From Alphaproteobacteria bacterium (lineage in GTDB: Bacteria > Pseudomonadota > Alphaproteobacteria > VGEJ01), in assembly GCA_965248765.1 (NCBI GenBank), contig CBDFKF010000003.1, positions 457,484 through 521,483 on the forward strand: a stretch of DNA of 64,000 nt, given 5' to 3'. The position numbers and the translations under genes are program-made. Below are positions 51,872 to 63,151 of the stretch, piece after piece. The notes under the pieces are model-generated. The model saw only the letters and a program-made list of their open reading frames with translations. It was not told where the DNA came from and searched no databases. Position 1 is the first letter of the stretch. Each line of letters begins with the position of its first letter.

Positions 51872-53602
51872 GTGATGGGGGCGGCGATCACGCAGCTCGA
51901 AGTCAATCGCCGGCTCGCCGCCATCCTCGCCGCTGACGCCGCCGGCTATAGCCGGCTAATGGGCGAGGATGAGGAAGCAACGCTGCGGGCCCTGTCGTCG
52001 CAGCGCGCAGTCTTGGCGCGCTGTATCGACCGGCACCACGGCCGAGTGGTGAGCACGGCAGGCGATGCGGTGCTCGCCGATTTCGCCAGTGTCGTCGACG
52101 CTGTTGCCTGTGCGCTCACAGCGCAGGAGGAGCTGGCGACGGCCCAGGCTGACGAGGCCGAGCGACGGCGGCTGCGCTTCCGAATCGGCGTGCACCTTGG
52201 CGATGTGCTCGCTGCAGGCGGGGAGGTCTACGGCGAGGGCGTCAACATCGCGTCGCGGCTGGGAAGCATCGCCGAGCCGGGCGGCATCTGCGTTTCGGCG
52301 ACCGTCTATGATCTCATCCGCAATAAGCTCCCCGTGGCTGTCGAGCCGTTGGGAGAGCAGCGCTTCGAGAACATCGCGGAGCCGATCAGCGCCTATCGCG
52401 TGCGCCAGCTCGGCGCCGTGCCGCCGGCGCCGTCTGGCGAGCAACTCCGGCCCGACAAGTCGATCGCTGTATTGCCCTTCGAGAACCTGAGCCGCGATCC
52501 TGAACAGAACTACTTCGCTGATGGCATGACCGAGGAGATACTCACCTCACTCGCCCGCCTGCCAGAGCTGTTCGTCATCGCCCGCAACTCGAGCTTCGTC
52601 TACAAGAACCAACCCACGGACGTACGCGAGGTCAGCCGCCAGCTCGGCGTCAAGTACATCCTCGAAGGCAGCGTCAGGCGGGCCGGCGAACGCGTACGTA
52701 TCTCGACCCAGCTCGTGGACGGGGAGGCGGGGGTGCAGATGTGGGCGGAACGCTATGACGGCGTCCTCGACGATGTCTTCGGGCTGCAGGACGATGTCAC
52801 CCAGCAGATCGTCTCCGCCTTGGAGCTGCGCCTCTCGCGAGAACAGCGTGCCGGGCGGCTGGTCGAGACCGGCACCGCACAGGTGCAAGCGTACGATTAC
52901 TTCCTACGCGGACGCGAGCAGGTTCTCCGCTACACCCAGGAAGCCAATGAAACGGCACGCGCCATGTTCGAGAAGGCGATCGAGATCGACCCGAGCTACG
53001 CGCCCGCCGTGGTCGACCTGGCCGAGACGTGCTATTATGAGTCGGTCCACAACTGGGTGGTCCCCACCGACTCCACGCCTCTCGACCGCGCCGAGCAATT
53101 TGCACACCGAGCTTTGCAACTAGACGCGCGGTTGCCAGCTGCTCACATGATCCTGGCGGCCGTCCTGCTGTGGCGGAAGCGCTTCGACGAGGCCATCGCA
53201 TCCTATCGCCACGCCATCGCCCTCGATCCCAATGACGCCGATGGCTATGCCGGCCTTGCCGAGGCGCTAACGTGTGACGCCGAGGGCCAAGCGGCGCTCG
53301 CCGAGATTGGCCACGCCAAGCGCCTCAACCCGCACTTTTCCCCGTGGTACCTGACGGTCGAGGGTGAGGCGTACCTGTCGCTCGAGCGCTACGAGGAGGC
53401 GATCGCGGCCTTTGAGCGGAGCGCGATACGCAATCCCGACCTCGTGGGCAACCACTTGCTGCTAGCGGCCTGCTACGACGAGATCGGCGAAGAAGCGAAG
53501 GCACGCGCCGCGATGGCGTGTTGCCTCGAGCTCAGCCCGGCGCTGAACATGCGGTCGGTCATCGAACAAGCGCCGATCCGCCAGCCGGCCGTGGTGGAGT
53601 GA
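51872..53602 (+). CDS. class III adenylate/guanylate cyclase with TolB-like linker and TPR repeats (intact paralog)
   Basis: ...VVSTAGDAVLADF...GVHLGDV... cyclase domain; TPR-like C-terminus. Confidence 0.8.
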   Translation: MMGAAITQLEVNRRLAAILAADAAGYSRLMGEDEEATLRALSSQRAVLARCIDRHHGRVVSTAGDAVLADFASVVDAVACALTAQEELATAQADEAERRRLRFRIGVHLGDVLAAGGEVYGEGVNIASRLGSIAEPGGICVSATVYDLIRNKLPVAVEPLGEQRFENIAEPISAYRVRQLGAVPPAPSGEQLRPDKSIAVLPFENLSRDPEQNYFADGMTEEILTSLARLPELFVIARNSSFVYKNQPTDVREVSRQLGVKYILEGSVRRAGERVRISTQLVDGEAGVQMWAERYDGVLDDVFGLQDDVTQQIVSALELRLSREQRAGRLVETGTAQVQAYDYFLRGREQVLRYTQEANETARAMFEKAIEIDPSYAPAVVDLAETCYYESVHNWVVPTDSTPLDRAEQFAHRALQLDARLPAAHMILAAVLLWRKRFDEAIASYRHAIALDPNDADGYAGLAEALTCDAEGQAALAEIGHAKRLNPHFSPWYLTVEGEAYLSLERYEEAIAAFERSAIRNPDLVGNHLLLAACYDEIGEEAKARAAMACCLELSPALNMRSVIEQAPIRQPAVVE

Positions 53603-53626
53603 CCGCCCGGGCGAAGGCGGGCGGTC
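53601..53626. terminator. GC-rich hairpin (gaccgcccg/cgggcggtc) between convergent genes, overlapping the cyclase stop codon
   Basis: Perfect 9 bp inverted repeat with 8 nt loop read directly. Confidence 0.45.
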
Positions 53627-53655
53627 ACGGGCCGGAACGCACGCTTCTCGGCGAC

Positions 53656-53952
53656 CTAGTCAGCCGTTGAGGCGAACCGATCGAGGCGCGTGACCGACGG
53701 CCCCTCCTCGGCGCGGCCCTTCAACCCCTCAGCGAAGGGCTTGAAGTGCGGCTGTGCCTGAAAGCGCTGCTGCGCAGCTTCATCGGACATCCAGGCGTGA
53801 TGCACGAACGAGACGCCGTCCTCCTTGCGGTAGACGGTGTAGCGATAACCCGGATCCGGCTGCTGCTTCATCGCACCGATGAATTCGCCGATCGCGGCCT
53901 CTTGGTCGGCCACTTTGTCGGCGGGAACGCGGTATTGGATCAGGAAGTCCAT
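53656..53952 (-). CDS. ABM (antibiotic biosynthesis monooxygenase)-like / Dabb-fold small protein
   Basis: 98 codons MDFLIQYRVPADKVADQEAAIGEFIGAMKQQPDPGYRYTVYRKEDGVSFVHHAWMSDEAAQQRFQAQPHFKPF; GGAGG before ATG. Confidence 0.55.
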   Translation of the reverse strand: MDFLIQYRVPADKVADQEAAIGEFIGAMKQQPDPGYRYTVYRKEDGVSFVHHAWMSDEAAQQRFQAQPHFKPFAEGLKGRAEEGPSVTRLDRFASTAD

Positions 53953-54041
53953 CAGTCTTTCCTCCGTGGTTGGGGTGGACGTCGGGTCGTGCGAGCCGCC
54001 TCCCATTCGGCAAGCTCGCGAAAGAGTTGGTCGTGGAGGGC

Positions 54042-54806
54042 CTACGCGGTACCGCCCTCGAGATCGGCTTCGCGAACGATCGCCGCGCGCCGAGCGAAGT
54101 TCTCGCCCGCCTCGGCGGTCGCTGGCCCGATCGCATCGATGTCGGCGTCGCGGCGCTCGGGCGCCGCGCGATCGCGAAAGCCTTTGCACTGCTGGCAGAC
54201 ACCGGTCTTGCCGATCAGCGCGCACATCCCCTCGAAGGTCGCCTGCATTGCGCCGCGCCCGGCACTGAGATGGTGGCGAAGCACCGATTCAGTGATATCG
54301 AGCACCTTGGCCGCCTCGCGGTTGGAGAGCTCGAACACTTCGCGTAGCAGCACCGCCGCTTGTTGCTCGGGCGGCAAGGACCGGCTGACGCAGCTAAAGC
54401 AAAAGGCGACATGCTCGGCGACCTCGTAGCGGTAGTGCGGATCGCCCTCGATCGCCTCGAGACTCGCGAGGTGCTCGGGAGAGGTGCTGCCGACACGCTG
54501 GCCATTGACCTGCGCATCCGGCCCCCAGCGCCCGCGGTGCCGTAACATATCGAGGCAGATGTTGGTCGCGATCCGGAACAGCCAGGTCTTGAGGCTGGCC
54601 TCGCCGCGGAAGCCGTCGATCTCGGCGAGGGCGCGGACGAGCGTCTCCTGCACCGCGTCCTCTGAATCGGCCCGGTTGGCGAGCAGCCGATAGGCAAGCG
54701 AGCGCAGGAGCTTGAGGTGCGGCGTGATCAAAACCCCGGAGGCATCGCCGTCGCCCGCCTGGGCAGCCGCGAGGAGTGTCGTCGTCTCTGTCGGTCGTGC
54801 ATCCAT
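54042..54806 (-). CDS. ECF-type RNA polymerase sigma-70 factor with Cys-rich C-terminal extension
   Basis: Sigma-2 region (LLRSLAYRLLANRADSEDAVQETLVRA...LKTWLFRIATNICLDMLR) and sigma-4 (LPPEQQAAVLLREVFELSNREAAKVLDITESVLRHHL) followed by ~60 extra residues containing C-x8-CxxC; additional CxxC in the linker. Confidence 0.8.
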   Translation of the reverse strand: MDARPTETTTLLAAAQAGDGDASGVLITPHLKLLRSLAYRLLANRADSEDAVQETLVRALAEIDGFRGEASLKTWLFRIATNICLDMLRHRGRWGPDAQVNGQRVGSTSPEHLASLEAIEGDPHYRYEVAEHVAFCFSCVSRSLPPEQQAAVLLREVFELSNREAAKVLDITESVLRHHLSAGRGAMQATFEGMCALIGKTGVCQQCKGFRDRAAPERRDADIDAIGPATAEAGENFARRAAIVREADLEGGTA

Positions 54807-54901
54807 GGATTGCCCCTTCATAGTTTGACGATCGGCCGACGGAAACCCGCCAAACCATTGACATGACGTAATTTTTTTCGCTACCGCCTTGGCCGTGCAA
54901 C

Positions 54902-55279
54902 TCAGTCCGTGGTGTGCTCCACTCGGACCGGATCGCCCGCCGCCACCGCGCTCAAGGCGCGAACGTCGGACAGCGCGCGTCCCCAGATGTTGCAGGGCGA
55001 GGCCAGCCGGATTTCATCGCCTATCGAGATCGGCGTCCTTCCATAGCCGAGCGCGATAGCATCGCCGTCGGGCCAAAACGCGAGCTCGCCCACGTCCACG
55101 ACCGCCCGCGCAGCGGGCTCGGGCTCAGCCTGAATCGGCGTCGAGAAATATACCTCCTCGCCCCACGTCTGCGCCCGCGATTCGAACGGTGCCGCGGCCA
55201 ACAAGGCATTGGCGGTCGGGGTATCGAAGAGCTCGGCCTCTATGGTGACCGTGCCGCACACCAGCCTGAGTTTGCGCAT
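54902..55279 (-). CDS. DUF3830 (cyclophilin-like fold) protein
   Basis: MRKLRLVCGTVTIEAELFDTPTANALLAA...WGEEVYFSTP...GELAFWPDGDAIALGYGRTP conserved pattern. Confidence 0.55.
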   Translation of the reverse strand: MRKLRLVCGTVTIEAELFDTPTANALLAAAPFESRAQTWGEEVYFSTPIQAEPEPAARAVVDVGELAFWPDGDAIALGYGRTPISIGDEIRLASPCNIWGRALSDVRALSAVAAGDPVRVEHTTD

Positions 55280-55317
55280 TGTTCCATCCTGCTCGGTGAC
55301 CGACCCCGAGCCCGTCC

Positions 55318-56388
55318 TTAGCCGCACTGGGCGCGGTGACGCAGCAGGTGATCGGCCAGGACACATGCCATCATGGCCTCGCCGACCGGAACGGCGCGAA
55401 TGCCCACGCAGGGATCGTGGCGGCCGGTGGTCGCGATCTCGGTTTCACTGCCGTGCACGTCTACGGTGCGGAGCGGCTTCGGGATCGACGATGTCGGCTT
55501 GACGGCAAAGCGCACGACTACGTCCTGCCCGCTCGAGATGCCACCCAGGATCCCGCCCGCGTTGTTCGTGAAGAAACGGACCGCGCCGTCCTCCATGTGC
55601 ATCTCGTCGGCATTCTCCTCGGCCGACAATGCCGCCGCGGCAAACCCCGCGCCAATCTCGACGCCCTTGACCGCATTGATCCCCATCATCGCCGTAGCGA
55701 GCTCGGCATCGAGCTTGCCGTAGATCGGCGCCCCGAGTCCTGCGGGCACGCCACTTGCCACCACCTTGATGACCGCGCCGGCAGAAGAGCCCTGCTTGCG
55801 CAGGCCGTCGAGGAAGCCCTCCCACGTTTGGGTCATCTCGCGGTCCGGGCACCAGAAGGGGTTGTCATGGACGGCGTCCCAATCCCACCGGTCACGTTCC
55901 ACCCGGTGCGGGCCTATCTGCACGAGCGCACCGCGTATCACAACTTCGGGCCCGAGCACCTTGCGAGCGATCGCACCGGCGGCGACCCGCATCGCCGTCT
56001 CACGCGCCGAAGCACGGCCACCGCCACGATAATCGCGCCGGCCATATTTGTGCTGGTAGGTGTAGTCGGCGTGGGCGGGGCGGAACTTGTCCTTGATGGT
56101 TTCGTAGTCGCGCGAGCGCGAATCGACGTTGTCGACGATCAAGGCGATCGGTGTGCCGGTGGTCACACCATCGAATACTCCGGACACGATGCGCGCCTGA
56201 TCGGGCTCGCGGCGTTGGCTCGTGAACCGCGACTGCCCTGGACGGCGGCGGTCGAGCCAGACTTGGACATCCGATTCAGCGAGCGCGATACCGGGCGGCG
56301 TGCCGTCGACCACGCACCCGATGGCCGGCCCGTGGCTCTCGCCCCAGGTCGTTACGCGGAACAGGTGACCGAAGCTGTTGTGCGACAT
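55318..56388 (-). CDS. aroC: chorismate synthase
   Basis: [29 protein letters not shown]...[14 protein letters not shown]... Confidence 0.9.
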   Translation of the reverse strand: MSHNSFGHLFRVTTWGESHGPAIGCVVDGTPPGIALAESDVQVWLDRRRPGQSRFTSQRREPDQARIVSGVFDGVTTGTPIALIVDNVDSRSRDYETIKDKFRPAHADYTYQHKYGRRDYRGGGRASARETAMRVAAGAIARKVLGPEVVIRGALVQIGPHRVERDRWDWDAVHDNPFWCPDREMTQTWEGFLDGLRKQGSSAGAVIKVVASGVPAGLGAPIYGKLDAELATAMMGINAVKGVEIGAGFAAAALSAEENADEMHMEDGAVRFFTNNAGGILGGISSGQDVVVRFAVKPTSSIPKPLRTVDVHGSETEIATTGRHDPCVGIRAVPVGEAMMACVLADHLLRHRAQCG

Positions 56389-56408
56389 GGTCGCGCGACG
56401 CCGACCGC

Positions 56409-57221
56409 CTACACGGTCGCGATGTCAGGCGCATCCGCGGCCTTCATGCCGACTACGTGGTAGCCGCCATCGACGTGGTGGATCTCGCCAGTCACGCTAC
56501 GGCCGAGGTCGCTCACTAGATAAAGGGCGCTGCCGCCGACCTCATCGGTGGTAACGGTCCGCTTGAGCGGTGCGTTGTACTCGTTCCACTTCAGAATATA
56601 TCGGAAATCGCCGATGCCCGAGGCGGCGAGGGTTTTGATCGGGCCGGCGGAAATGGCGTTGACGCGGATCCCATCGGGCCCGAGATCGGCCGCGAGGTAC
56701 CGGACCGAGGCCTCGAGGGCGGCCTTGGCTACACCCATCACGTTGTAGTGCGGCATAACCTTCTCCGCTCCGTAGTACGTCATCGTCAAGAGGCTGCCGC
56801 CGTTTTTCATCAAACGCTCGGCGCGCTGGCAGACGGCGATGAAGGAGTAGCACGAGATCTGAAGCGTGAGCGCGAAGTTGTCGAGCGAGACGTCCACGAA
56901 CCGACCCTTGAGCTGCTCCCGCTCTGAATAGGCGATGGCGTGCACGACGAAATCGAGCTCACCCCACGCCTTGTCGAGATCGGCGAACACCTTGTCGAGG
57001 CTCGCAACGTCGGTCACGTCGCACGGCATCACGAGATGCGAGCCAACCGACTCGGCGAGCGGAGTCACGCGCTTGCCAAGCGCTTCACCCTGGTGGGTGA
57101 ATGCGAGCTCCGCGCCATGGGCGGCGAGCGTGCGCGCGATGCCCCAGGCGATGGACCGATCATTGGCTACGCCCATGACCAGGCCGCGCTTGCCAGCCAT
57201 CAGCGGGGTGACGCCGGTCAT
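56409..57221 (-). CDS. fabI: enoyl-[acyl-carrier-protein] reductase (NADH)
   Basis: [20 protein letters not shown]..., Y-x6-K catalytic pair region, overall FabI. Confidence 0.9.
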   Translation of the reverse strand: MTGVTPLMAGKRGLVMGVANDRSIAWGIARTLAAHGAELAFTHQGEALGKRVTPLAESVGSHLVMPCDVTDVASLDKVFADLDKAWGELDFVVHAIAYSEREQLKGRFVDVSLDNFALTLQISCYSFIAVCQRAERLMKNGGSLLTMTYYGAEKVMPHYNVMGVAKAALEASVRYLAADLGPDGIRVNAISAGPIKTLAASGIGDFRYILKWNEYNAPLKRTVTTDEVGGSALYLVSDLGRSVTGEIHHVDGGYHVVGMKAADAPDIATV

Positions 57222-57374
57222 TCGCTCCTCGCCGCAGTATCAAAGGCTTAGCCCGCCGGTGATGAGATCGAAGCGGGCAACGGCATCCTACACGAAAGGC
57301 GGGGGCCGCTCAAAGAAACGGCTGCTTTGACTGCTCTGGAGAATAATCGGGGCGACCGCGGCGGGGAGGTCGCC

Positions 57375-60053
57375 TCAGTCGGCGTCGGGACCGCGACCCT
57401 CGAGCGCCGCCTGCGCCGCCGCAAGTCTCGCGATCGGCACGCGATAGGGCGAACACGAGACGTAGTCCAGTCCGATGCGATGACAGAAGCGCACCGATTC
57501 GGGGTCGCCGCCATGCTCGCCGCAGATACCGAGCTTGATGTCGGCGCGAGCCTTGCGCCCGCGCTCAACCCCGATTCGCATGAGCTCACCCACCCCATCC
57601 GGATCGATCGTGACGAAGGGATCCGCCTTAAAGATGCCCTGACGCAGGTAGTTTTCGAGGAAGCGCCCCGAATCATCACGGCTGATGCCGAAGGCGGTTT
57701 GGGTGAGATCGTTGGTGCCGAAGCTGAAGAACTCGGCGGTCTTGGCGATTTCCTCGGCAAGCAGACAGGCGCGCGGCAGCTCAATCATCGTGCCCACGAG
57801 ATAGCGGAGCTTGCCGTTCTGCTCTTCCTCCACGGCTCGCGCCACACCATCGATGCGGGCTTTGAGGAGGTCGAGCTCCGTTCGTGTTGCGATCAACGGC
57901 ACCATGATCTCAGGCTCGATCGTCTCGCCAAGCTCGCCACTGACGGTGAGCGCCGCCTCGAAGATGGCCCGTGCTTGCATCTCGCAGATCTCAGGGTAGG
58001 ACAGCGCCAGCCGACAGCCACGATGGCCCAACATCGGGTTAGCCTCGTCAAGCTCGCGTACCCTGTGGCGAAGCGTCGCTTCGTCCACGCCGGCGGCCTT
58101 GGCGACGGCGGCGATCTCGGCATCCTCGTGCGGCACAAACTCGTGGAGCGGCGGATCGAGCAGGCGGATCGTCACCGGCCGTCCCTTCATGATCCGGAAC
58201 AGCTCGACAAAATCGGCCCGCTGCATCGGCAACAGCTTGGCCAGGGCCGAGCGCCGGCCCTCCTCGCCTTCCGCCAGGATCATCTCGCGCACCGCCGCGA
58301 TGCGCGAGGCATCGAAGAACATGTGCTCGGTGCGAGACAGACCGATGCCCTCCGCTCCGAAACGAAGCGCGGTGCGCGCGTCCAGTGGAGTCTCCGCGTT
58401 GGTGCGCACGCCGAGGGTGCGCACTCGATCCGCCCATTCCATGAACGTCGCGAAATTGCCGGTGAGCTCGGGCTGCACGGTCGTCACCTCGCCCAGCATG
58501 ATCTCGCCGGTCGAGCCATCGATGGTGATCATCTCGCCCTGCTGGACGGTGCTGCCGCCAATGAAGAAGGCGTTCTCGTCGTAGTCGACCCGAATGGTCC
58601 CGGCGCCGGCGACGCACGGCCGCCCCATCCCCCGTGCAACGACCGCGGCGTGGCTCGTCATGCCGCCCCGACTGGTGAGGATACCGCGCGCCGCGTGCAT
58701 GCCGTGGATGTCCTCGGGGCTGGTCTCGACGCGGACGAGGATCACCGCCTCGCCCTTTGCTGCCATCGCCTCGGCTTCATCGGCGTGGAAAACCGCACGC
58801 CCTGAGGCAGCCCCCGGCGAGGCCGGAAGCCCGCGTGCCAGTACCTCGCGCGGCGCGTCCGGATCAAGGGTCGGGTGGAGAAGCTGATCGAGCGATGCCG
58901 GATCGATGCGCAAGAGCGCCTCTTCCTCGCTGATCACGCCCTCCTTAACGAGGTCGACGGCGATCCGCAAACCGGCCGCCGCGGTGCGCTTGCCGGTGCG
59001 GGTCTGCAGCATCCAGAGCCTACCCTTCTGCACCGTGAACTCGATGTCCTGCATGTCGCGATAGTGGGCTTCCAGCTTCTCGTAGGCCTTGGTCAGCTCC
59101 GAGAAGACGGCGGGCATGGTCTCCTCCATCGAGGCGGTGGATTGGCTATCGGCGACCTGCCCCAGTTTGGTCAACGGCTGCGGGGTGCGGATGCCGGCGA
59201 CCACGTCCTCACCTTGGGCGTTCACCAGGTACTCGCCGTAGAACTCGGGTGCACCGGTCGAGGGATTGCGCGTGAAGGCGACGCCGGTCGCCGAGTCCTC
59301 GCCCATGTTGCCGAACACCATCGCCTGGACGTTGACCGCCGTGCCCCAATCGCCGGGGATGCCGTGAATTCGCCGGTAGGTGATCGCCCGTTGGTTCATC
59401 CACGAATCGAAGACGGCGCCGATGGCACCCCACAGCTGTTGCTTCACGTCCTGCGGGAACGGTTGGCCGCCCTCATGCTCGACCATGGAGCGGTAGGCCG
59501 CGATGATCTCGCGCCAGCCCTCGCTGTCGATTTCGGTGTCGAGCCTCACACCGCGCTCGTCCTTGGCGGCCTGGAGAATCTCTTCGAAATGGTGGTGGCC
59601 GACGCCCAAGACGACGTCGGAGTACATCTGAATGAGGCGGCGGTAGCTGTCATAGGCGAAACGGCCATCGGCACTCAGGCTCGCCAGCCCCGCCACGGTT
59701 TCATCGTTCAGCCCAATGTTTAACACCGTGTCCATCATGCCGGGCATCGAGGCACGGGCCCCGGACCGTACGGAAACGAGCAGCGGCGCTCTGGGATCGC
59801 CGAAGCGCGCGCCCATCGCGGCCTCGATCTCGGCGAGCGCGGCCTCGACCTCGGCTTCGACCCCATCGGGATAGCGCCGGTCGTTCGCATAGAACGCGGT
59901 GCAGACCTCGGTGGTGATGGTGAAGCCGGGTGGGACGGGCAGTCCCAGGCTCGCCATCTCGGCGAGGTTCGCGCCCTTGCCGCCGAGTAACTCCTTCATC
60001 TCGGCACGACCCTCGGCCCGGTTGGCCCCGAAGTTGTACACGCCTTTGCTCAT
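57375..60053 (-). CDS. ppdK: pyruvate, phosphate dikinase
   Basis: MSKGVYNFGANRAEGRAEMKELLGGKGANLAEM N-terminus, phosphohistidine region GGMTSHAAVVARG, PEP-utilising C-terminus. Confidence 0.9.
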   Translation of the reverse strand: MSKGVYNFGANRAEGRAEMKELLGGKGANLAEMASLGLPVPPGFTITTEVCTAFYANDRRYPDGVEAEVEAALAEIEAAMGARFGDPRAPLLVSVRSGARASMPGMMDTVLNIGLNDETVAGLASLSADGRFAYDSYRRLIQMYSDVVLGVGHHHFEEILQAAKDERGVRLDTEIDSEGWREIIAAYRSMVEHEGGQPFPQDVKQQLWGAIGAVFDSWMNQRAITYRRIHGIPGDWGTAVNVQAMVFGNMGEDSATGVAFTRNPSTGAPEFYGEYLVNAQGEDVVAGIRTPQPLTKLGQVADSQSTASMEETMPAVFSELTKAYEKLEAHYRDMQDIEFTVQKGRLWMLQTRTGKRTAAAGLRIAVDLVKEGVISEEEALLRIDPASLDQLLHPTLDPDAPREVLARGLPASPGAASGRAVFHADEAEAMAAKGEAVILVRVETSPEDIHGMHAARGILTSRGGMTSHAAVVARGMGRPCVAGAGTIRVDYDENAFFIGGSTVQQGEMITIDGSTGEIMLGEVTTVQPELTGNFATFMEWADRVRTLGVRTNAETPLDARTALRFGAEGIGLSRTEHMFFDASRIAAVREMILAEGEEGRRSALAKLLPMQRADFVELFRIMKGRPVTIRLLDPPLHEFVPHEDAEIAAVAKAAGVDEATLRHRVRELDEANPMLGHRGCRLALSYPEICEMQARAIFEAALTVSGELGETIEPEIMVPLIATRTELDLLKARIDGVARAVEEEQNGKLRYLVGTMIELPRACLLAEEIAKTAEFFSFGTNDLTQTAFGISRDDSGRFLENYLRQGIFKADPFVTIDPDGVGELMRIGVERGRKARADIKLGICGEHGGDPESVRFCHRIGLDYVSCSPYRVPIARLAAAQAALEGRGPDAD

Positions 60054-60183
60054 GTCAGTCCTTGCTCTTCGCAAAGTGGGGCGCCCGCCGATTATGCCAT
60101 CGCGCCTGGCGAGCCGGCGATAGAAGCCCACGCATAACGACCCCGTAAAGTCACATTGTCACAATTAGTCGCGTCGGCGCGCC

Positions 60184-62259
60184 TTACCCCTCGATCTGCC
60201 CGAAATCCGCAAGCAGGAGGAACCACGACCGGATCATATCGAGCAGCCTCAGCCGGTTCTCGCGTAAGCGCGAGTCGTCAGTGTTAACGGTCACCCGGTC
60301 GAAGAAGGAATCGACCGATGCGCGCAGTGTGGCGAAGGCGCGGCAGGCGCCCACGAAGTCTTCGCCATCAACGGCGGCCATCACGTCCTCCTGCACTTTT
60401 CGAAGCGCGCCATGCAAGTGTTTCTCTTCGGCCTCGCTCAGTAGCCCGTCGTCCACATGGTTGCCGTCATAGACCTTGCCATCCTTGCGCTCCTCGATCT
60501 CGACGATGTTGTTGGCGCGCTTGAAGGCGGTGAGCAGGTTGGCGCCATCATCGGTGCCGAGGAACGCCCGCAGGGCTTCGACTCGGGCCAGTAGTCGCAC
60601 GAGGTCGTCCTCGCCGGCCACGGCGAACACCGCGCTGACGAGGTCGTGCCGCACCCCTTCTTCCCGCAAATGGACCTTGAGCCTGTCGGCGAAGAAGCTC
60701 ATCAAGCCAAACAGATCGGACTCACCCCCCTCGATCTCCTCTTTCCATCGGTAGAGATTGAAAGCCGCCACGAAGACCTCGTTGAGAGGAATGCGGAGGC
60801 TGTTCTCGGTAATCAGGCGGATCACGCCGAGGGCGGCGCGGCGCAACGCGAACGGATCCTTCGAACCGGTCGGCTTTTCGTCGATCGCGAAGAAGCCAAC
60901 GAGGGTGTCGATCTTATCCGCGAGCGCCACCGCAACGCTCGTCGGCGCCGAAGGACAGCGATCGGCCGGTCCCTGCGGCGCGTAGTGCTCGGCGATGGCA
61001 TTCGCCACCTCCGGCTGCTCTCCCTCACCGAGGGCGTAGTAGCGCCCCATGGTGCCTTGGAGTTCCGGGAACTCGCCGACCATCGCGGTGACGAGATCCG
61101 CCTTGCACAGCCGCGCGGCCGAGCGCACCCGATCGTGGTCGGTCCCCGATAGGTGCGCGGTCAGCCGTTCGGCTAGCGCCTCGATGCGATCGACCTTGGC
61201 GTCCAAGGTCCCGAGCTTGGCTTGGAACACCATTTCGGCAAGCTTGGGCACCCGGTCTGACAGAGATACCTTGCGATCCTGATCCCAAAAGAACCGGGCA
61301 TCGGCAAGGCGGGCGCGCAAGACACGCTCGTTGCCGGCGACGATCTCGCTGCCACCGTCGTCCGCCTCGATGTTGGCCACCACAATGAAATGCGGCGCGA
61401 GTTCGCCGTCGGCAGTCTCGGTCGCGAGATAGCGCTGGTGGTTGCGCATGGCCGCGGTCAGCACCTCGGGCGGGAGCATCATGTACGCCTCATCGATCGC
61501 GCCCATGAGCACCACTGGCCACTCGACCAGACCCGCGAGCTCGTCCAGCAGCGCCTCGTCGTGGCGTAGCCGTAGGCCCGAAGATTGCGCGAGCCCGTTT
61601 GCTTTCTCGAGGATCGTCTGGCGCCGCTCGGCGGCATCGAGCATCACACGCGCCGCACGGAGCTTGTTCTCATAGTCCGCGAAGCTCGTAACTACCAGCG
61701 GCTCCGAGCCGTGGGTACGATGCCCGCGGGTCGCGTCGTGCGCCTGTGTTCCGGCGAACGTGATCGGCACTACGTCGCCGTTGAGCAGGCAGAGGAGGCC
61801 ATGGATCGGCCGCACCCAGCGGATCTCTCCCGCCCCCCAGCGCATCGATTTAGGCCACGGGAGCGCAGACAACGCGGGCGGCAGCATATCCGTCAGGACC
61901 GCCATGGTGGTCCGCCCCTCTCGCTCGACGACGGCAAAGTAAAAACGCCCTTTATCGGTCTCGCGTTCTTCGAGGTCGGCTGGTGTGATGCCGTTGGATT
62001 CGCAAAAACCAGCGAGCGCTTTCTCCGGCGCGCCGACCCGCGGACCGCGTTTTTCCGTCTTTGTATCGGGCTGGGCGAGCGGCAGAGCATCGACCATCAG
62101 CCCTAGCCGGCGCGGCGTTACGAACGAGCGCATGCTTCCGAATGGGAGCTCCGACTCCGTGAGCCCCTTGGCGATCAGACGCTCCAGATTCTCAGCGGCG
62201 CCCTTCTGCACTCGCGCCGGCATCTCCTCGGAGAGGAGCTCGAGCAGAAACTCCGCCAT
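60184..62259 (-). CDS. glyS: glycine--tRNA ligase beta subunit
   Basis: MAEFLLELLSEEMPARVQ... typical GlyS N-terminus, ~690 aa. Confidence 0.9.
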   Translation of the reverse strand: MAEFLLELLSEEMPARVQKGAAENLERLIAKGLTESELPFGSMRSFVTPRRLGLMVDALPLAQPDTKTEKRGPRVGAPEKALAGFCESNGITPADLEERETDKGRFYFAVVEREGRTTMAVLTDMLPPALSALPWPKSMRWGAGEIRWVRPIHGLLCLLNGDVVPITFAGTQAHDATRGHRTHGSEPLVVTSFADYENKLRAARVMLDAAERRQTILEKANGLAQSSGLRLRHDEALLDELAGLVEWPVVLMGAIDEAYMMLPPEVLTAAMRNHQRYLATETADGELAPHFIVVANIEADDGGSEIVAGNERVLRARLADARFFWDQDRKVSLSDRVPKLAEMVFQAKLGTLDAKVDRIEALAERLTAHLSGTDHDRVRSAARLCKADLVTAMVGEFPELQGTMGRYYALGEGEQPEVANAIAEHYAPQGPADRCPSAPTSVAVALADKIDTLVGFFAIDEKPTGSKDPFALRRAALGVIRLITENSLRIPLNEVFVAAFNLYRWKEEIEGGESDLFGLMSFFADRLKVHLREEGVRHDLVSAVFAVAGEDDLVRLLARVEALRAFLGTDDGANLLTAFKRANNIVEIEERKDGKVYDGNHVDDGLLSEAEEKHLHGALRKVQEDVMAAVDGEDFVGACRAFATLRASVDSFFDRVTVNTDDSRLRENRLRLLDMIRSWFLLLADFGQIEG

Positions 62260-62262
62260 GTT

Positions 62263-63138
<876 letters not shown>

Positions 63139-63151
63139 GGCGGTCGCCCGC

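Noticed and set aside
53746-54429. 227-aa plus ORF across the ABM gene / ECF sigma junction
   Set aside because: It is antisense to two well-supported minus-strand genes and has no domain content.
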